From contig NC_068982.1 in NCBI RefSeq assembly GCF_001194135.2, positions 157,769,306 through 157,833,305 on the forward strand: a stretch of 64,000 nt of DNA, given 5' to 3'. The notes under the pieces are model-generated. The model was not told where the DNA came from and did no database searches. It worked only from the letters and a program-made list of their open reading frames with translations. This stretch comes from Octopus bimaculoides. Lineage: Eukaryota. This document shows positions 50,450-63,773 of this stretch, piece by piece; position 1 is the first letter of the stretch; each line of letters begins with the position of its first letter. A program made the position numbers and the translations under genes.

Positions 50450-52017
50450 CAGTATACAATACTAGGAAGATTTAAATAATAGCTAATATAAAGGGATATG
50501 TGTGTTTTAGTTATGTGGGCTTCATGACTTTGCCACCATGTTATTGTTCCAGTGTCAACACATGAACACGATCTCAGATTATGTCAACTCCAGGACATAC
50601 ATGTTTATGTACGTACATACATACATACATACATACATACATACATGCATACATACATACACACATACATTCCTGTGTACATACATATCAACATACATAC
50701 AAATATATAGATATGTATGTACGGATCTTTGTATGTATGCGTACAATGGTGAATTAATTAAAAGAGTCTCAAGGAACGAAATGTAAAATGTCATGTTTTT
50801 CTTCTTGTTTTTGTTTTTAGCTTCCTTACTCATTTTCTCTGTTTTTTTTTTATTCAGTAGTTTTAGGAACTAAGTTTCTTAACAATAGCAAAATAGACAT
50901 ACACGTTTATTGTTGTTGTTGTTTTCTTGTTGTTAATTTTCATGTTATTATCCATGTGTAGTTTTTTAATTCACCCCTGCACCACACACACGTACGTGTG
51001 TGTGTGTGTGTGTGTGTGTATGCTTATTCCTGTTTTGCGGTGGGTTGAGGTATTACACTTTACTATTTTTCACCGTTTGTATCGGAGTTCACAATTCTTG
51101 CTACAGACATTGAAATAATAAAGAAACATTTCCTTTTTCTTTGTTTCATTTCACATATTTTTTTTTCTTTTATATCACTGTTTTATTTCTTGAATTTAAT
51201 TTTTTTTCTTTTTCTTTGTCTTTATTTGTTTATATAATCCTTCTTTGCCCGAAGATTTACAAAAGATCTTTCGACGCTGTTTTTTGAAAAAGAAGAAATT
51301 TTTCTTTTTATATTTATCTCACTGACATATTTAGATATATACAAACACTTACATACNNNNNNNNNNNNNNNNNNNNNNNNNNNNNNNNNNNNNNNNNNNN
51401 NNNNNNNNNNNNNNNNNNNNNNNNNNNNNNNNNNNNNNNNNNNNNNNNNNNNNNNNNNNNNNNNNNNNNNNNNNNNNNNNNNNNNNNNNNNNNNNNNNNN
51501 NNNNNNNNNNNNNNNNNNNNNNNNNNNNNNNNNNNNNNNNNNNNNNNNNNNNNNNNNNNNNNNNNNNNNNNNNNNNNNNNNNNNNNNNNNNNNNNNNNNN
51601 NNNNNNNNNNNNNNNNNNNNNNNNNNNNNNNNNNNNNNNNNNNNNNNNNNNNNNNNNNNNNNNNNNNNNNNNNNNNNNNNNNNNNNNNNNNNNNNNNNNN
51701 NNNNNNNNNNNNNNNNNNNNNNNNNNNNNNNNNNNNNNNNNNNNNNNNNNNNNNNNNNNNNNNNNNNNNNNNNNNNNNNNNNNNNNNNNNNNNNNNNNNN
51801 NNNNNNNNNNNNNNNNNNNNNNNNNNNNNNNNNNNNNNNNNNNNNNNNNNNNNNNNNNNNNNNNNNNNNNNNNNNNNNNNNNNNNNNNNNNNNNNNNNNN
51901 NNNNNNNNNNNNNNNNNNNNNNNNNNNNNNNNNNNNNNNNNNNNNNNNNNNNNNNNNNNNNNNNNNNNNNNNNNNNNNNNNNNNNNNNNNNNNNNNNNNN
52001 NNNNNNNNNNNNNNNNN

Positions 52018-52067
<50 letters not shown>

Positions 52068-52407
52068 TATATACACACACACACAAACACAATGCAGACA
52101 CGTTCAGCCATTCAGTCAGTTTGTGCATGTATTGTCATTGGGTATTTTCAAGTGCTTGATGTGGGTGGCACCAGAATAGTTTTTGGTGATGGCAAACTGA
52201 ATTGTTCTTAGAACTGTCCCTCCTCCTACCTCCTTCTCATCCATCACACAATGTATATGTGAAAGAGCGAACTTTTTAAAAAACAATTGGCAAAAAAATG
52301 TTTGAGAAAATATCTTCAAAGATTGTAGTTTTAATGTATGTATGTATCCACGAATGTTTGCATACTGTGTATCTGTCTCTATGTCTGGTTGTACATACTT
52401 ACATATA

Positions 52408-53021
52408 CTATTTTACTCTTTTACTTGTTTCAGTCATTTGACTGTAGCCATGCTGGAGCACCGTCTTTAGTCGAGCAAATCAACCCCAGGACTTATTGTT
52501 TGTAAACCAAGTACTTATTCTATCGGTCTCTTTTGCCGAACCGCTAAGTTACGGGGACGTAAACACACCAGCATCCGTTGTCAAACACAGACACACAAAC
52601 ATATACACACACACATACATACATACATATACATATATATATACATATATATATATATGGCTGTGTGGTAAGTAGCTTGTTTACCAACCACATGGCACCT
52701 TGGGCAAGTGTCTTCTACTATAGCCTCGGGCCGACCAAAGCCTTGTGAGTGGATTTGGTAGACGTAAACTGAAAGAAGCCCGTCGTATATATATGTATGT
52801 GTGGGTATATGTTTGTGTGTCTGTGTTTGTCCTCCCCAACATCACTTGACAACCGATGCTGGTGTGTTTACGTCCCCGTAACTTAGCGGTTTGGCTAATG
52901 AGACCGATAGAATAAGTACTAGGCTTCCAAAGAATAAGTCCTAGGGTCGATTAGCTCGACTAAAGGCGGTGCTCCAGCATGGCCACAGTCAAATGACTGA
53001 AACAAGTAAAAGAGTAAAAGA

Positions 53022-53056
<35 letters not shown>

Positions 53057-53089
53057 CATACATACATATACAACGGGCTTCTTCCAATT
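52408..53089. mobile_element. Nested family-B SINEs: plus-strand copy (52659-53022) inside a minus-strand copy
   Basis: Outer tail 52408-52584, microsatellite, complete inner copy, (TA)n, then the outer head resumes with caacgggcttcttccaatt (53071-53089) before a gap. Confidence 0.88.
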
Positions 53090-54599
53090 NNNNNNNNNNN
53101 NNNNNNNNNNNNNNNNNNNNNNNNNNNNNNNNNNNNNNNNNNNNNNNNNNNNNNNNNNNNNNNNNNNNNNNNNNNNNNNNNNNNNNNNNNNNNNNNNNNN
53201 NNNNNNNNNNNNNNNNNNNNNNNNNNNNNNNNNNNNNNNNNNNNNNNNNNNNNNNNNNNNNNNNNNNNNNNNNNNNNNNNNNNNNNNNNNNNNNNNNNNN
53301 NNNNNNNNNNNNNNNNNNNNNNNNNNNNNNNNNNNNNNNNNNNNNNNNNNNNNNNNNNNNNNNNNNNNNNNNNNNNNNNNNNNNNNNNNNNNNNNNNNNN
53401 NNNNNNNNNNNNNNNNNNNNNNNNNNNNNNNNNNNNNNNNNNNNNNNNNNNNNNNNNNNNNNNNNNNNNNNNNNNNNNNNNNNNNNNNNNNNNNNNNNNN
53501 NNNNNNNNNNNNNNNNNNNNNNNNNNNNNNNNNNNNNNNNNNNNNNNNNNNNNNNNNNNNNNNNNNNNNNNNNNNNNNNNNNNNNNNNNNNNNNNNNNNN
53601 NNNNNNNNNNNNNNNNNNNNNNNNNNNNNNNNNNNNNNNNNNNNNNNNNNNNNNNNNNNNNNNNNNNNNNNNNNNNNNNNNNNNNNNNNNNNNNNNNNNN
53701 NNNNNNNNNNNNNNNNNNNNNNNNNNNNNNNNNNNNNNNNNNNNNNNNNNNNNNNNNNNNNNNNNNNNNNNNNNNNNNNNNNNNNNNNNNNNNNNNNNNN
53801 NNNNNNNNNNNNNNNNNNNNNNNNNNNNNNNNNNNNNNNNNNNNNNNNNNNNNNNNNNNNNNNNNNNNNNNNNNNNNNNNNNNNNNNNNNNNNNNNNNNN
53901 NNNNNNNNNNNNNNNNNNNNNNNNNNNNNNNNNNNNNNNNNNNNNNNNNNNNNNNNNNNNNNNNNNNNNNNNNNNNNNNNNNNNNNNNNNNNNNNNNNNG
54001 ATTTAAAGAGGATTATCACCTTCGAGTTTGTTTTGTGCAAATCGTTTAATAATGCCGTCAAAGTCTTCCCTCAGCATGTTTACCGGGCTGTGAAAAATGA
54101 ATCCTGCTTTTGTCTATTTCCTTGAATAATTCTCACAATAGTTGTGTTTCTTGCTCCTTACTGACATGTGGACATATGCGGGTACATATAACTCGTGCAA
54201 ATGTTAGTTTTATTATGTTTTTTAATTGTCATTCTTTTCATTATTGCTGGCATCTCTCTTTTCTCTCTCTTTCGTTTCTCTCTCTTTCTTTTCTCTTTCT
54301 TTTCTCTTTCTTTTCTTGCCACTACTACTACTCTTACTGTTGTCAGTGCTTTAGCTGTTGCATCTTTACGTGTTCCTTCTTTATAATTACAATTTTAATT
54401 TATTTGTATTGTAAATATTCAATCAGTTGCGTAGTTCTTGTTTCAGTGTACAAATTATTTTTTGTAATTTAATTTATTTTCTTTATGACATATAAAAGAT
54501 TTGAATTTCTTATACAAAAAAGTAGGGAGCCATTTTTCACCGTTCACCACAGGCGACGTATTGAAAAGAATATTTGACACAAAGGCAGAAGCAAATAAT

Positions 54600-55050
54600 G
54601 TCTATAAACCAGGGATTAAGCATATTCGACAGTGAATCTGCCAGCCAAACGGTGTCTCTCTTTCAGATGCAACGTAGTATGTTATTCCTTGTAGTTGCTT
54701 CGTCTCAAATGTAGGGGCAATATTCAACTGAGGGTTTTCCTATGACCTTTTAGAGCTAGTCGTAACCAGTGCGCACTCTAAGCGAACAGCAGCAACAATT
54801 CATATGTTGATGACAGTCACAACGTTCTTTCCGTTGAGATTTGACTTCAAGAAATATTTGAAGCGCTTAAATATGCAGTGGTGATCTTGTCTTTCATTTG
54901 TATGAGCAAAATATTGTATAGCTCCAGGATCTTAATGTACTTGTACCCACCACCATCCAAGTTTCCAATTAGTTTTCCGTTTGGCAATTCTATGCCCTTG
55001 CAATCTGCTCTTTTGCTCCCCATTTCAAAGTGAGGACCTTGAGATCTATG
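54600..55050 (-). mobile_element. R4/Dong-like LINE internal fragment (RT thumb region)
   Basis: KRADCKGIELPNGKLIGNLDGGGYKYIKILELYNIL..MKDKITTAY / KRFKYFLKSNLNGKNVVTVINI*IVAAVR matches the GIEL...YKYLGILE...LKSKLNGxNxxxAINxWAVxxxRY pattern of R4/Dong ORFs. Confidence 0.82.
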
Positions 55051-56307
55051 GTCGATAAAATATGAGTATATATATATATATGACTGCTATTTATACAAAT
55101 GAATACACAATCTCTAAATGTCGTGCAAAGAATAGCAATAACCGACTACGTGTGCAATTTAAACACATATAACTGTGAACTAGATATCCTTACCATGAGA
55201 CAATGCACACTCCCTCCAAATGGATAACATCGTTATAGTGGACTATACACTCGTTCTAAATGCATAACTTTATTATAGTCGGCTACACACACTCCCTTCA
55301 AACGCTTAGGCGTGTGTCTCTATCTGAAGTCATTGCTCGTATTTTATTAACGTTGCTTTTGTTTTAATTACAGTTGTTTTTATTTTGTTATTACTGTTAC
55401 CATTGTTGTTGCTGTTGCTGCTGATGTTACTATTACTCTTGTTGTAGTTGTTGCTGTTGTTCTTGTTGTTGACATTGTATTTGTATTTTTTTTCCCTCTG
55501 TTCACATGATATCATACAATAGACAATTTCACTTGAGGTGAAATTTGCGAGATCTTTTGTCTCCAGTTGTATTTCGTTTCATCTTTTCTCTTCCTTTAAA
55601 TTCTTCTTCTTTTTCTACTCTTGTTTTCTTTCGTTATATTTGCTTCATGGTAATAAGTGTTAATCAAGTAGGATGGCAGTAATTACATTGTGCCTAATTA
55701 ATTAATCGAGTCATTAGTTGGCTACGGTCGGAATCGCATCGGAACCAGAGAAGGGAGAGGAAGAAGGCGAAGAGAAGAAGAAAATATATTTAAATATATA
55801 TGTATATATATATATATATATTATATATGTGTGTCTGTGAGTGTGTGTGTGTNNNNNNNNNNNNNNNNNNNNNNNNNNNNNNNNNNNNNNNNNNNNNNNN
55901 NNNNNNNNNNNNNNNNNNNNNNNNNNNNNNNNNNNNNNNNNNNNNNNNNNNNNNNNNNNNNNNNNNNNNNNNNNNNNNNNNNNNNNNNNNNNNNNNNNNN
56001 NNNNNNNNNNNNNNNNNNNNNNNNNNNNNNNNNNNNNNNNNNNNNNNNNNNNNNNNNNNNNNNNNNNNNNNNNNNNNNNNNNNNNNNNNNNNNNNNNNNN
56101 NATATGTATATATATATATGTTTATATATATGCATATAGATACACATATATATACATCATATATTATATATATATATAAATATATATCATATATCATATA
56201 TATATATGTATGTATATATATATATATATATTATATATGTGTGTCTGTGAGTGTGTGTGTGTGTATGCCCATGTGTTCGAGCGTGTATGCGTGTGTGTGT
56301 GTATGTA

Positions 56308-56338
<31 letters not shown>

Positions 56339-56605
56339 AAAGGAAAATATTTGCTTTGAAAACTAATCAAACTGATGGATATATAAGTGTGCATGTGTAA
56401 ATATATCTATGAGCGTACAATTCTATATGCTTCAATGTACGTTTGAAGAGCTATGTATATAAGATATCTCGATAGATGCATACATATAGAGACACATACA
56501 TAATTAACATACACATACACATACACAAGCACACTTGCATACATATGTGTGAATGTATATGTGTGTGTATCTTCCTGTATAAGAATGCAAGTATATAAGA
56601 AATGA

Positions 56606-56659
<54 letters not shown>

Positions 56660-57057
56660 NNNNNNNNNNNNNNNNNNNNNNNNNNNNNNNNNNNNNNNNN
56701 NNNNNNNNNNNNNNNNNNNNNNNNNNNNNNNNNNNNNNNNNNNNNNNNNNNNNNNNNNNNNNNNNNNNNNNNNNNNNNNNNNNNNNNNNNNNNNNNNNNN
56801 NNNNNNNNNNNNNNNNNNNNNNNNNNNNNNNNNNNNNNNNNNNNNNNNNNNNNNNNNNNNNNNNNNNNNNNNNNNNNNNNNNNNNNNNNNNNNNNNNNNN
56901 NNNNNNNNNNNNNNNNNNNNNNNNNNNNNNNNNNNNNNNNNNNNNNNNNNNNNNNNNNNNNNNNNNNNNNNNNNNNNNNNNNNNNNNNNNNNNNNNNNNN
57001 NNNNNNNNNNNNNNNNNNNNNNNNNNNNNNNNNNNNNNNNNTATATATATAATTTAA

Positions 57058-57172
57058 CCGGCACTCCGTCGGCTACGACGATGAGGGTTCTAGTCGATCT
57101 GATCAACGGAAGAAGCTGCTCGTGAAATTAGCGTGCAAGTCGTTGAGCAATCCACACGCATTCCTACCCTTA
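57058..57172 (-). mobile_element. Probable retroposon 3' tail (possibly of family D)
   Basis: Ends in ...aaccctcatcgtcgtagccgacggagtgcc next to (TA)n. The link to family D rests on recall, not on overlap within this window. Confidence 0.4.
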
Positions 57173-57802
57173 ATAAGAACAATAAGAAGTGGACGCTTAA
57201 GAATATTACGGCTGAAGAAGCTAATGAAATAAAAGAATATATGTTGTTTTCAATTTCATTCATATGTAGAAGTATATCCATCTTTAGGTTCCGACTTCCC
57301 TTATGAAGAAAAATCTATATGCAATTTCCTACATATACTCCCTATAAAATAAAATACAATGGATAGTGAGAGAGTTGATGTTCTCATATGTGGTGAAGAT
57401 GTAGCCTGTCTTACAATTTAGAAATGTTCTGCTAGGTATCATGTCATAATTCTCCATTGGTAACTTTAGAGGTAATTTTAGCATATATGAATGTGAACAC
57501 ATCTAGGCGGGAAGCGTGACGGAGATGCACTTTAACTTGCCTAGTAATAGTGAAATCATTTATACAAACAGATGCTTTTGTATTTTTGGTGGTCCATTAT
57601 GCTAATAAGCAACTCAGTACTGGTTATATTTCAGTTATATTATCATTATCAGTCAACTTGTTAATCAAATAACTAAACGGTTACTTAAATAATCATTCGG
57701 TCAATCAACTAGCTTGTCCAGGTTAATTCAGATTTAACTCTTTCATACATAAATAAACATGCAAATTTACACACACGCGCGCGCGTATATATATATACAT
57801 TA

Positions 57803-57960
57803 ATGCTTCGATATACGACTAAATTCGTTCCCGGAGACCGCTCGTAAAAGGAAAACTCGTAAAGCAGAATAGTAGGTTCTCATACTAGCAATGTTATAAA
57901 TCGGAATTCGTTTCCAGGAAATGTTTTACCCATAAAATTTGTTATACTCGTAAATAAATG
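57803..57960 (+). mobile_element. Tigger/pogo-like subterminal sequence
   Basis: tacgactaaattcgttcccggagaccgctcgtaaa..gaaaactcgtaaagcagaa has the repeated TCGTAAA/TTCGTTCC motifs typical of Tigger ends. Confidence 0.45.
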
Positions 57961-59094
57961 GCAATAAGACAACGTTACAATGTAAACAATATTCTATGTA
58001 AAGCAAAAGAATGTCATGACTATTTATGATAAAAAAATATTATTATTATTACCATTTTCTTAATCACTTTCACTCGCATTAGACTCGTGCCCACCATCAC
58101 TTGTAAACTCGATCGCCGATTCACAAGCACACGTAGACGTACTTGTAGATTTCTTTATAAAAAACAAGTCGAGAGTGGTTTGCTTAGAAGCGCTTTTCCG
58201 CTCTCTATAAATTCTTCGGTAACACCCACTTCATTCAAAATTTGGATATTGTACTTGAAAAATAAAATTCGTAAATCCAGGTCCCCGTAAAGTGAGGTAT
58301 TACCATATATGTTCATATATATATATACATATATATATAANNNNNNNNNNNNNNNNNNNNNNNNNNNNNNNNNNNNNNNNNNNNNNNNNNNNNNNNNNNN
58401 NNNNNNNNNNNNNNNNNNNNNNNNNNNNNNNNNNNNNNNNNNNNNNNNNNNNNNNNNNNNNNNNNNNNNATATATATATATATATAAAGACACCCATGCA
58501 CATATTTATATATACTACTCGTTCAAATGATTATTTATGTACCAAAGAAGATCTGCTCGATATTAAATCCCCTCGGAGCTACTGCTTTCCTACATCTTCA
58601 ACAACGAGCCAATGTTGGAACTGCTACGAGATCGTTCGATGTCCCCAAATTAAGAGCTTCTGGCTTTAAATTGGGAGGATACGATGCAATGTATTTCAAG
58701 AGGAACGGGCGTGACTGAACCGTCAAAGAATGGGAATATGAACCCGAGAATCTTTTCAATAGGCATATATTAAACATAGTAACCACAAATACATTGACAT
58801 GTAATGTATATGAAATATAATGAATTGAAAATCTTCAGTTAACAGAGTGGTTTGTTTTTTTATTATTGGACAAACGCTACAATCCACAGATCTTATTACA
58901 ATTATCTCCCTTGTCCACTTATGGCTTGGATAATTTCAGTTGATTGAAGTTTTTCAAATCACTTATATTACTTGTGCGAAATTCTGTCATGCTTGTAGTG
59001 AGTAAGGCGAAAGATTCCTTTGAAGTACTTTAAACAAAAATTTTAGACAGAAAAGAGATACTCGTCCATTAATGCAGGGATCCACAGCATTTTT

Positions 59095-59200
59095 TCCTTT
59101 CTTTTGCACCACTGGTGGGTTTCATGGAAGACAATTTTTGACGGACCGGGTTAACACTTGCATTATAAAACACAAGCATAATATATAATTAAATTGTTAC
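59095..59200 (+). mobile_element. hAT-Charlie-like terminal fragment
   Basis: cttttgcaccactggtgggtttcatggaagacaatttttgacggaccggg resembles the Charlie3/MER1-type subterminus (from recall). Confidence 0.45.
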
Positions 59201-61102
59201 ATATGATGTATGATATGATATTACACACGCACACACACACGCACACACACGTATATAGGCATGGTAATATCCACGCCGTGTCCTCTTGAATTAAATCTAC
59301 TTATTCCAGTATTACTATCCAGTATGAAATAGTCGTTGTATAAATATGAAGTACATATTAGAGTTGAAAATTCTAGAAATATTGTTTACAAAGTTATTAC
59401 ACGACAAAATTTTCCAAATTGTTTGGTTTTATATATATACTTTTTACATCAGTGTGACTTTCTCCAAGGTGAATTACTTTACCGAGTGGAAGGCTCCATC
59501 TACCCCGGAGTTGCGCCGGAAAGATGTCAAAGAGGGCACCGGACCATCTGAGGGACTCGGCTCCTTGGTTTCATGTCGTGATTGACTCCCCGAGCTCTTT
59601 ACTTTTACAAGGCATTCAAAAGGCAGTGAGGGTTTGTGCTTGGATTTTCTACCCTAGCACGTCAATTGTCCCAAAGCTGGGATCCTGACAGGTGTTACTA
59701 CTTCGGATCAGAGAAGAACTGGGAACAATAATGGCTAATATACGGTTCCATACTCTCTAAATCCTTGGAACTCCCAAGCCAGAGAACCACTGCCGGAAGC
59801 GGTTTGAAGTCATACCCTGAACCAATGGTTGGTGACCCGTACATAACTGAATCTTCAAACAACGTACTTATTGGTTGCTACGCAACCAAATTGTTAATTA
59901 CAACAGATCATCTCTAAATACCTGTATATATCAAAATCTATACTTAAAACTTTCCTTTTTATATATTTTTTTCTGTCATTATATTCTAATATTTATTTTC
60001 ATTTTACCCTCATCAATCAGGGTACAGACTCAGGTTCCAGTTCTTTTCAGAGGTCATGTTTTTCCTTCGCGTTCCCAAATTGTTATCATAAAATCTATCA
60101 TTTTACGTTAGTTATATAACAATGAATTCTTTCTGTCGTTGCAGCGACGTCTTCCGTTGATTCATTTATAATATTTTCACAATTAAAAAACGTTTATCAC
60201 CTCTTTTTCTATATTTTATTCATTTTATGCTATTGACTATTTATTGAATTATTTATATGCTTAATTATTGATATGATGTGTTAGTATGACTATGTGAGTG
60301 TGTGTATCTGTGTGTGTGTGTTTGTGTCTGTGTGTGTGCATATCTGTAGGCGTGTGTGTATCTGTGTACATGAAGGTATGTATCTGTGTATGTATCTGTG
60401 TGTGTGTGTTTGTATATACGCACAAACATATACATGTATGTGCGTGCGTGTGTGTGTGTGTGTACCTCTAAGTAAATATCTGCATGTGTATCTTCGTGTA
60501 TGTATGTGAGTGTATTTGTGCGTGTGTTTGTGTTTGTGAATGTTTGTGTGCGCGCGTGTGAGAGTGCGTGTGCGCGTGTGCGCACTTGTGTTTGTGTGTG
60601 CTTTGTGAATTGATAAATCATAAATGGTTCCTTCTTAAAGCAAAGCCGTAAAAAATATTAAACCAACGGTGGTGTCGATGAAATCAACTGAATTGCAAAA
60701 AAAAAAAAGAAAAAAAGAAAAAGAAGAGAAAAAGCCAAATCGATTTTCTTTTCAACGCATAGAAAACAGAAAAAGGAGGATTAAATCGAAATTTATTTTT
60801 AAAAAATGAATATATCATGAAAAATTTTCCTGTTTAAATTGGGATATTCAAATATAAAGAATAATGATTGATTTAATAACAAGCATAAAATGCTATTGTT
60901 TAACTAACGTAGATTTTAATGAAAACGTTTCAGTAACTTAGTTGCGGTTTAGCCCTAGGTCAGACCTGATTGTGTAGACTCATAATCAGAGGTTTTCCAT
61001 TCGGGATCATCCCGATCGAAGATATTCCAATACCCGATTATCCTCTTTTTTTTTTGTCTTTTTTTATGGACAGTGTACCTTTGTTACCTTTCAATACGGT
61101 AA

Positions 61103-61517
61103 GGCTGCGAGCTGGTAAAATCTTTAGTACGCCGGACAAAATGCTTACTGGATTTTCGTCCGTCTTTAAATTCTGATCTCAAATTCCGCCAAGCTCGACT
61201 TTACCTTTCATCCTTACGGTGTCGATGAAATAAGTACCAGTTAAATACAAGGCATCATGTAATCGACTGTTCCACCCCACTTAGAAACTGTTGGCTTTCT
61301 ACCAGAATTGGAAACCATTATCATATATCACGGTAGAAGGCTGCAAGTTGCTAGTTCTTCCGGATCTTTATGTTCTGAGTTCAAATTCCGCCGAACACAA
61401 GCTTACCGTTCTTCCTTGCAGCGGTCTATAAAATAAACTACTACTTGCGCACTGGAGTTGATATAAGTGAGAACACTATCTCATCAGATATTGCTGACAT
61501 TGTGCCAAAATTTGAAG
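61103..61517 (+). mobile_element. Two tandem family-A SINE copies (61103-61316 and 61339-61517)
   Basis: Both carry ...caaattccgcc...taaaata..tac bodies; they have different tails. Confidence 0.8.
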
Positions 61518-61869
61518 TGAAGAACTTTGCTTCCCAACTAAATATTTCCTGGTTTAGTCTCATTGCGTGGAACCTTGGAAAAGTGTCTTTTACTATAACC
61601 TCGGGCCGACCATAGTCTTTTGAGTGGATTTGGTAGACGGAATCCAAACGAAGCCCGTTTTATTTGTTTCAAGCATTTGACTGCAGCCATGTTAGTCGAA
61701 CGAATGAACCTCTTTTAGTCGAATGAATGAACCCTAGGACAAACTTTGTAGTCGAGTACTTATTGTATCTAGTACGTATTCTATTAATCTCTTTTGTCGA
61801 ACCGCTACCTTACGGGGACATAAACACACCAACATCGGTTTTCAAGCGATGGAGGGGTGACAAACGTAG

Positions 61870-61903
<34 letters not shown>

Positions 61904-62063
61904 TCATACGATGGGCTTCTTTCATTTTCCGCCTAGCAAATTCACTCATAAGGCTTAGATCGGCCCGAGGCTATAGTTGAAGACACTTGCCCAAGGTGTT
62001 ACGCAGTAAGACTGAACTCGCGGCAATGTGGTTGGGAAGCAAGCTTCTTACCACGCAGCCATT

Positions 62064-62096
<33 letters not shown>

Positions 62097-62268
62097 CCCA
62101 CTACCGTTCGACAACTAGTGTTGGTGTCGCTTTTTGTCCCCGTAACTTAGCAGTTCGAAAAATTACACCGATAGAATATTACTGGGATCGATTTCTTCGA
62201 ATAAAAACACTTTGAGGCTGTGCTCCAGTTTGGCTGCTGTCAAATAACTGAAACAAGTAAAAGAAAAG
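61518..62268. mobile_element. Nested family-B SINEs: minus-strand copy (61658-62060) inside a plus-strand copy
   Basis: Outer head 61518-61657 ends at aagcccg, followed by a complete inner minus copy, then (TG)n and the outer tail 62064-62268. Confidence 0.82.
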
Positions 62269-62459
62269 AAGAAGAAGCACTTGGGTCGATTCGATCGATT
62301 ACAAATTCTTCAAGGTGGTGCCCCAGCATAGCCCTAACCTAATGAGTGAAACAAATAAAAAATAAAAGATGAAATTATGTAACACGATAAGTTATTTAAT
62401 GGAGATTTTGGTTGCTATTTCTAGCAGGCGCAACGATCACATGTGGTGTCCCTCTAGGT

Positions 62460-62545
62460 CAGTGATTCCCAACCTGTGTTCCGCGGATCCCTGGTGGTCT
62501 GCAAAGGTAGTACTTTTGGACCGTGAAGTAAATTCAAAATTTCAC
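62460..62545 (+). mobile_element. hAT-Charlie-like transposon end
   Basis: CAGTGATTCCCAACCTGTGTTCCGCGGATCCCTGG preceded by ctctaggt, which fits the NTCTAGAN target preference with one mismatch. The other end was not seen (microsatellite and gap follow). Confidence 0.6.
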
Positions 62546-63010
62546 ACAAACACACACACACACACACACANNNNNNNNNNNNNNNNNNNNNNNNNNNNNN
62601 NNNNNNNNNNNNNNNNNNNNNNNNNNNNNNNNNNNNNNNNNNNNNNNNNNNNNNNNNNNNNNNNNNNNNNNNNNNNNNNNNNNNNNNNNNNNNNNNNNNN
62701 NNNNNNNNNNNNNNNNNNNNNNNNNNNNNNNNNNNNNNNNNNNNNNNNNNNNNNNNNNNNNNNNNNNNNNNNNNNNNNNNNNNNNNNNNNNNNNNNNNNN
62801 NNNNNNNNNNNNNNNNNNNNNNNNNNNNNNNNNNNNNNNNNNNNNNNNNNNNNNNNNNNNNNNNNNNNNNNNNNNNNNNNNNNNNNNNNNNNNNNNNNNN
62901 NNNNNNNNNNNNNNNNNNNNNNNNNNNNNNNNNNNNNNNNNNNNNNNNNNNNNNNNNNNNNNNNNNNNNNNNNNNNNNNNNNNNNNNNNNNNNNNNNNNN
63001 NNNNNNNNNN

Positions 63011-63168
63011 GCTGGTGTGTTTACGTCCCCGTAATTTAGCGGTTCGGCATAAGTGACCGATAGAATAAGTACTAAGCTTATAATGAATAAGTCCTGGAGT
63101 CGATTTGCTCGACTAAAGGCGTTGCTCCAGCATGGCCGCAGTCAAATGACTGAAACAAGCAAAAGAGT
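63011..63168 (+). mobile_element. Family-B SINE 3' half
   Basis: gctggtgtgtttacgtccccgtaa...ctccagcatggccgcagtcaaatgactgaaacaag. Confidence 0.92.
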
Positions 63169-63737
63169 ATATTCGTCAGTAACTAAGAGAAAAGTATAAA
63201 TCGGGAGTTATATGCAGTAACAGTGTAAGGGAGACAATCCAAGGAAGCCACACCATTTATGTTCTGCTGTTGACTGCTGGAAATAATTCATTTACGAATA
63301 ACGTAGCGCGTTTTCCTTACACTTTAGACATCAATTTTGTCTCGTTATAATTAGGAAAGGTTTTAATGTCACAGGGTGCTTTATGTAGATAAGGTTACCA
63401 ACGAAGATACTTGTCAATGGTAGCCTCACCTGCTAGAAATAGCAGTTAAATCACCTGTAACCCACATCTTACTGCCTTAATGTGTGAGCACATTCGGTGA
63501 TGTAGCCCTTGATGTTTTTACACACTGCGAGGAAAATAAGAGAGAGAGGCGGAGGGGATGGAGGGAGGCAGGGAGAAAGACGAAGGAAGAGAGATAAAGA
63601 TAGATAGATAGTGAGAGAGACTGACAAACAGACGGACAGACAAAAAAAAACAGAGAGAGAAGGAGAGAAAAAGAAAAGAAGGAGAGGGAGACAGAGGGGA
63701 AGAGAGGGACAGTGAGAAAGAGAAAGAGATAGAAAGT

Positions 63738-63773
<36 letters not shown>

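Noticed and set aside
58087-58786. Cluster of short ORFs in unique sequence (58087-58290, 58527-58718, 58598-58786)
   Set aside because: The peptides are unrecognised and their lengths are expected by chance.
59680-59830. Possible retroposon-derived segment
   Set aside because: It seems familiar from recall, but there is no second copy or translatable motif in the window to support a call.
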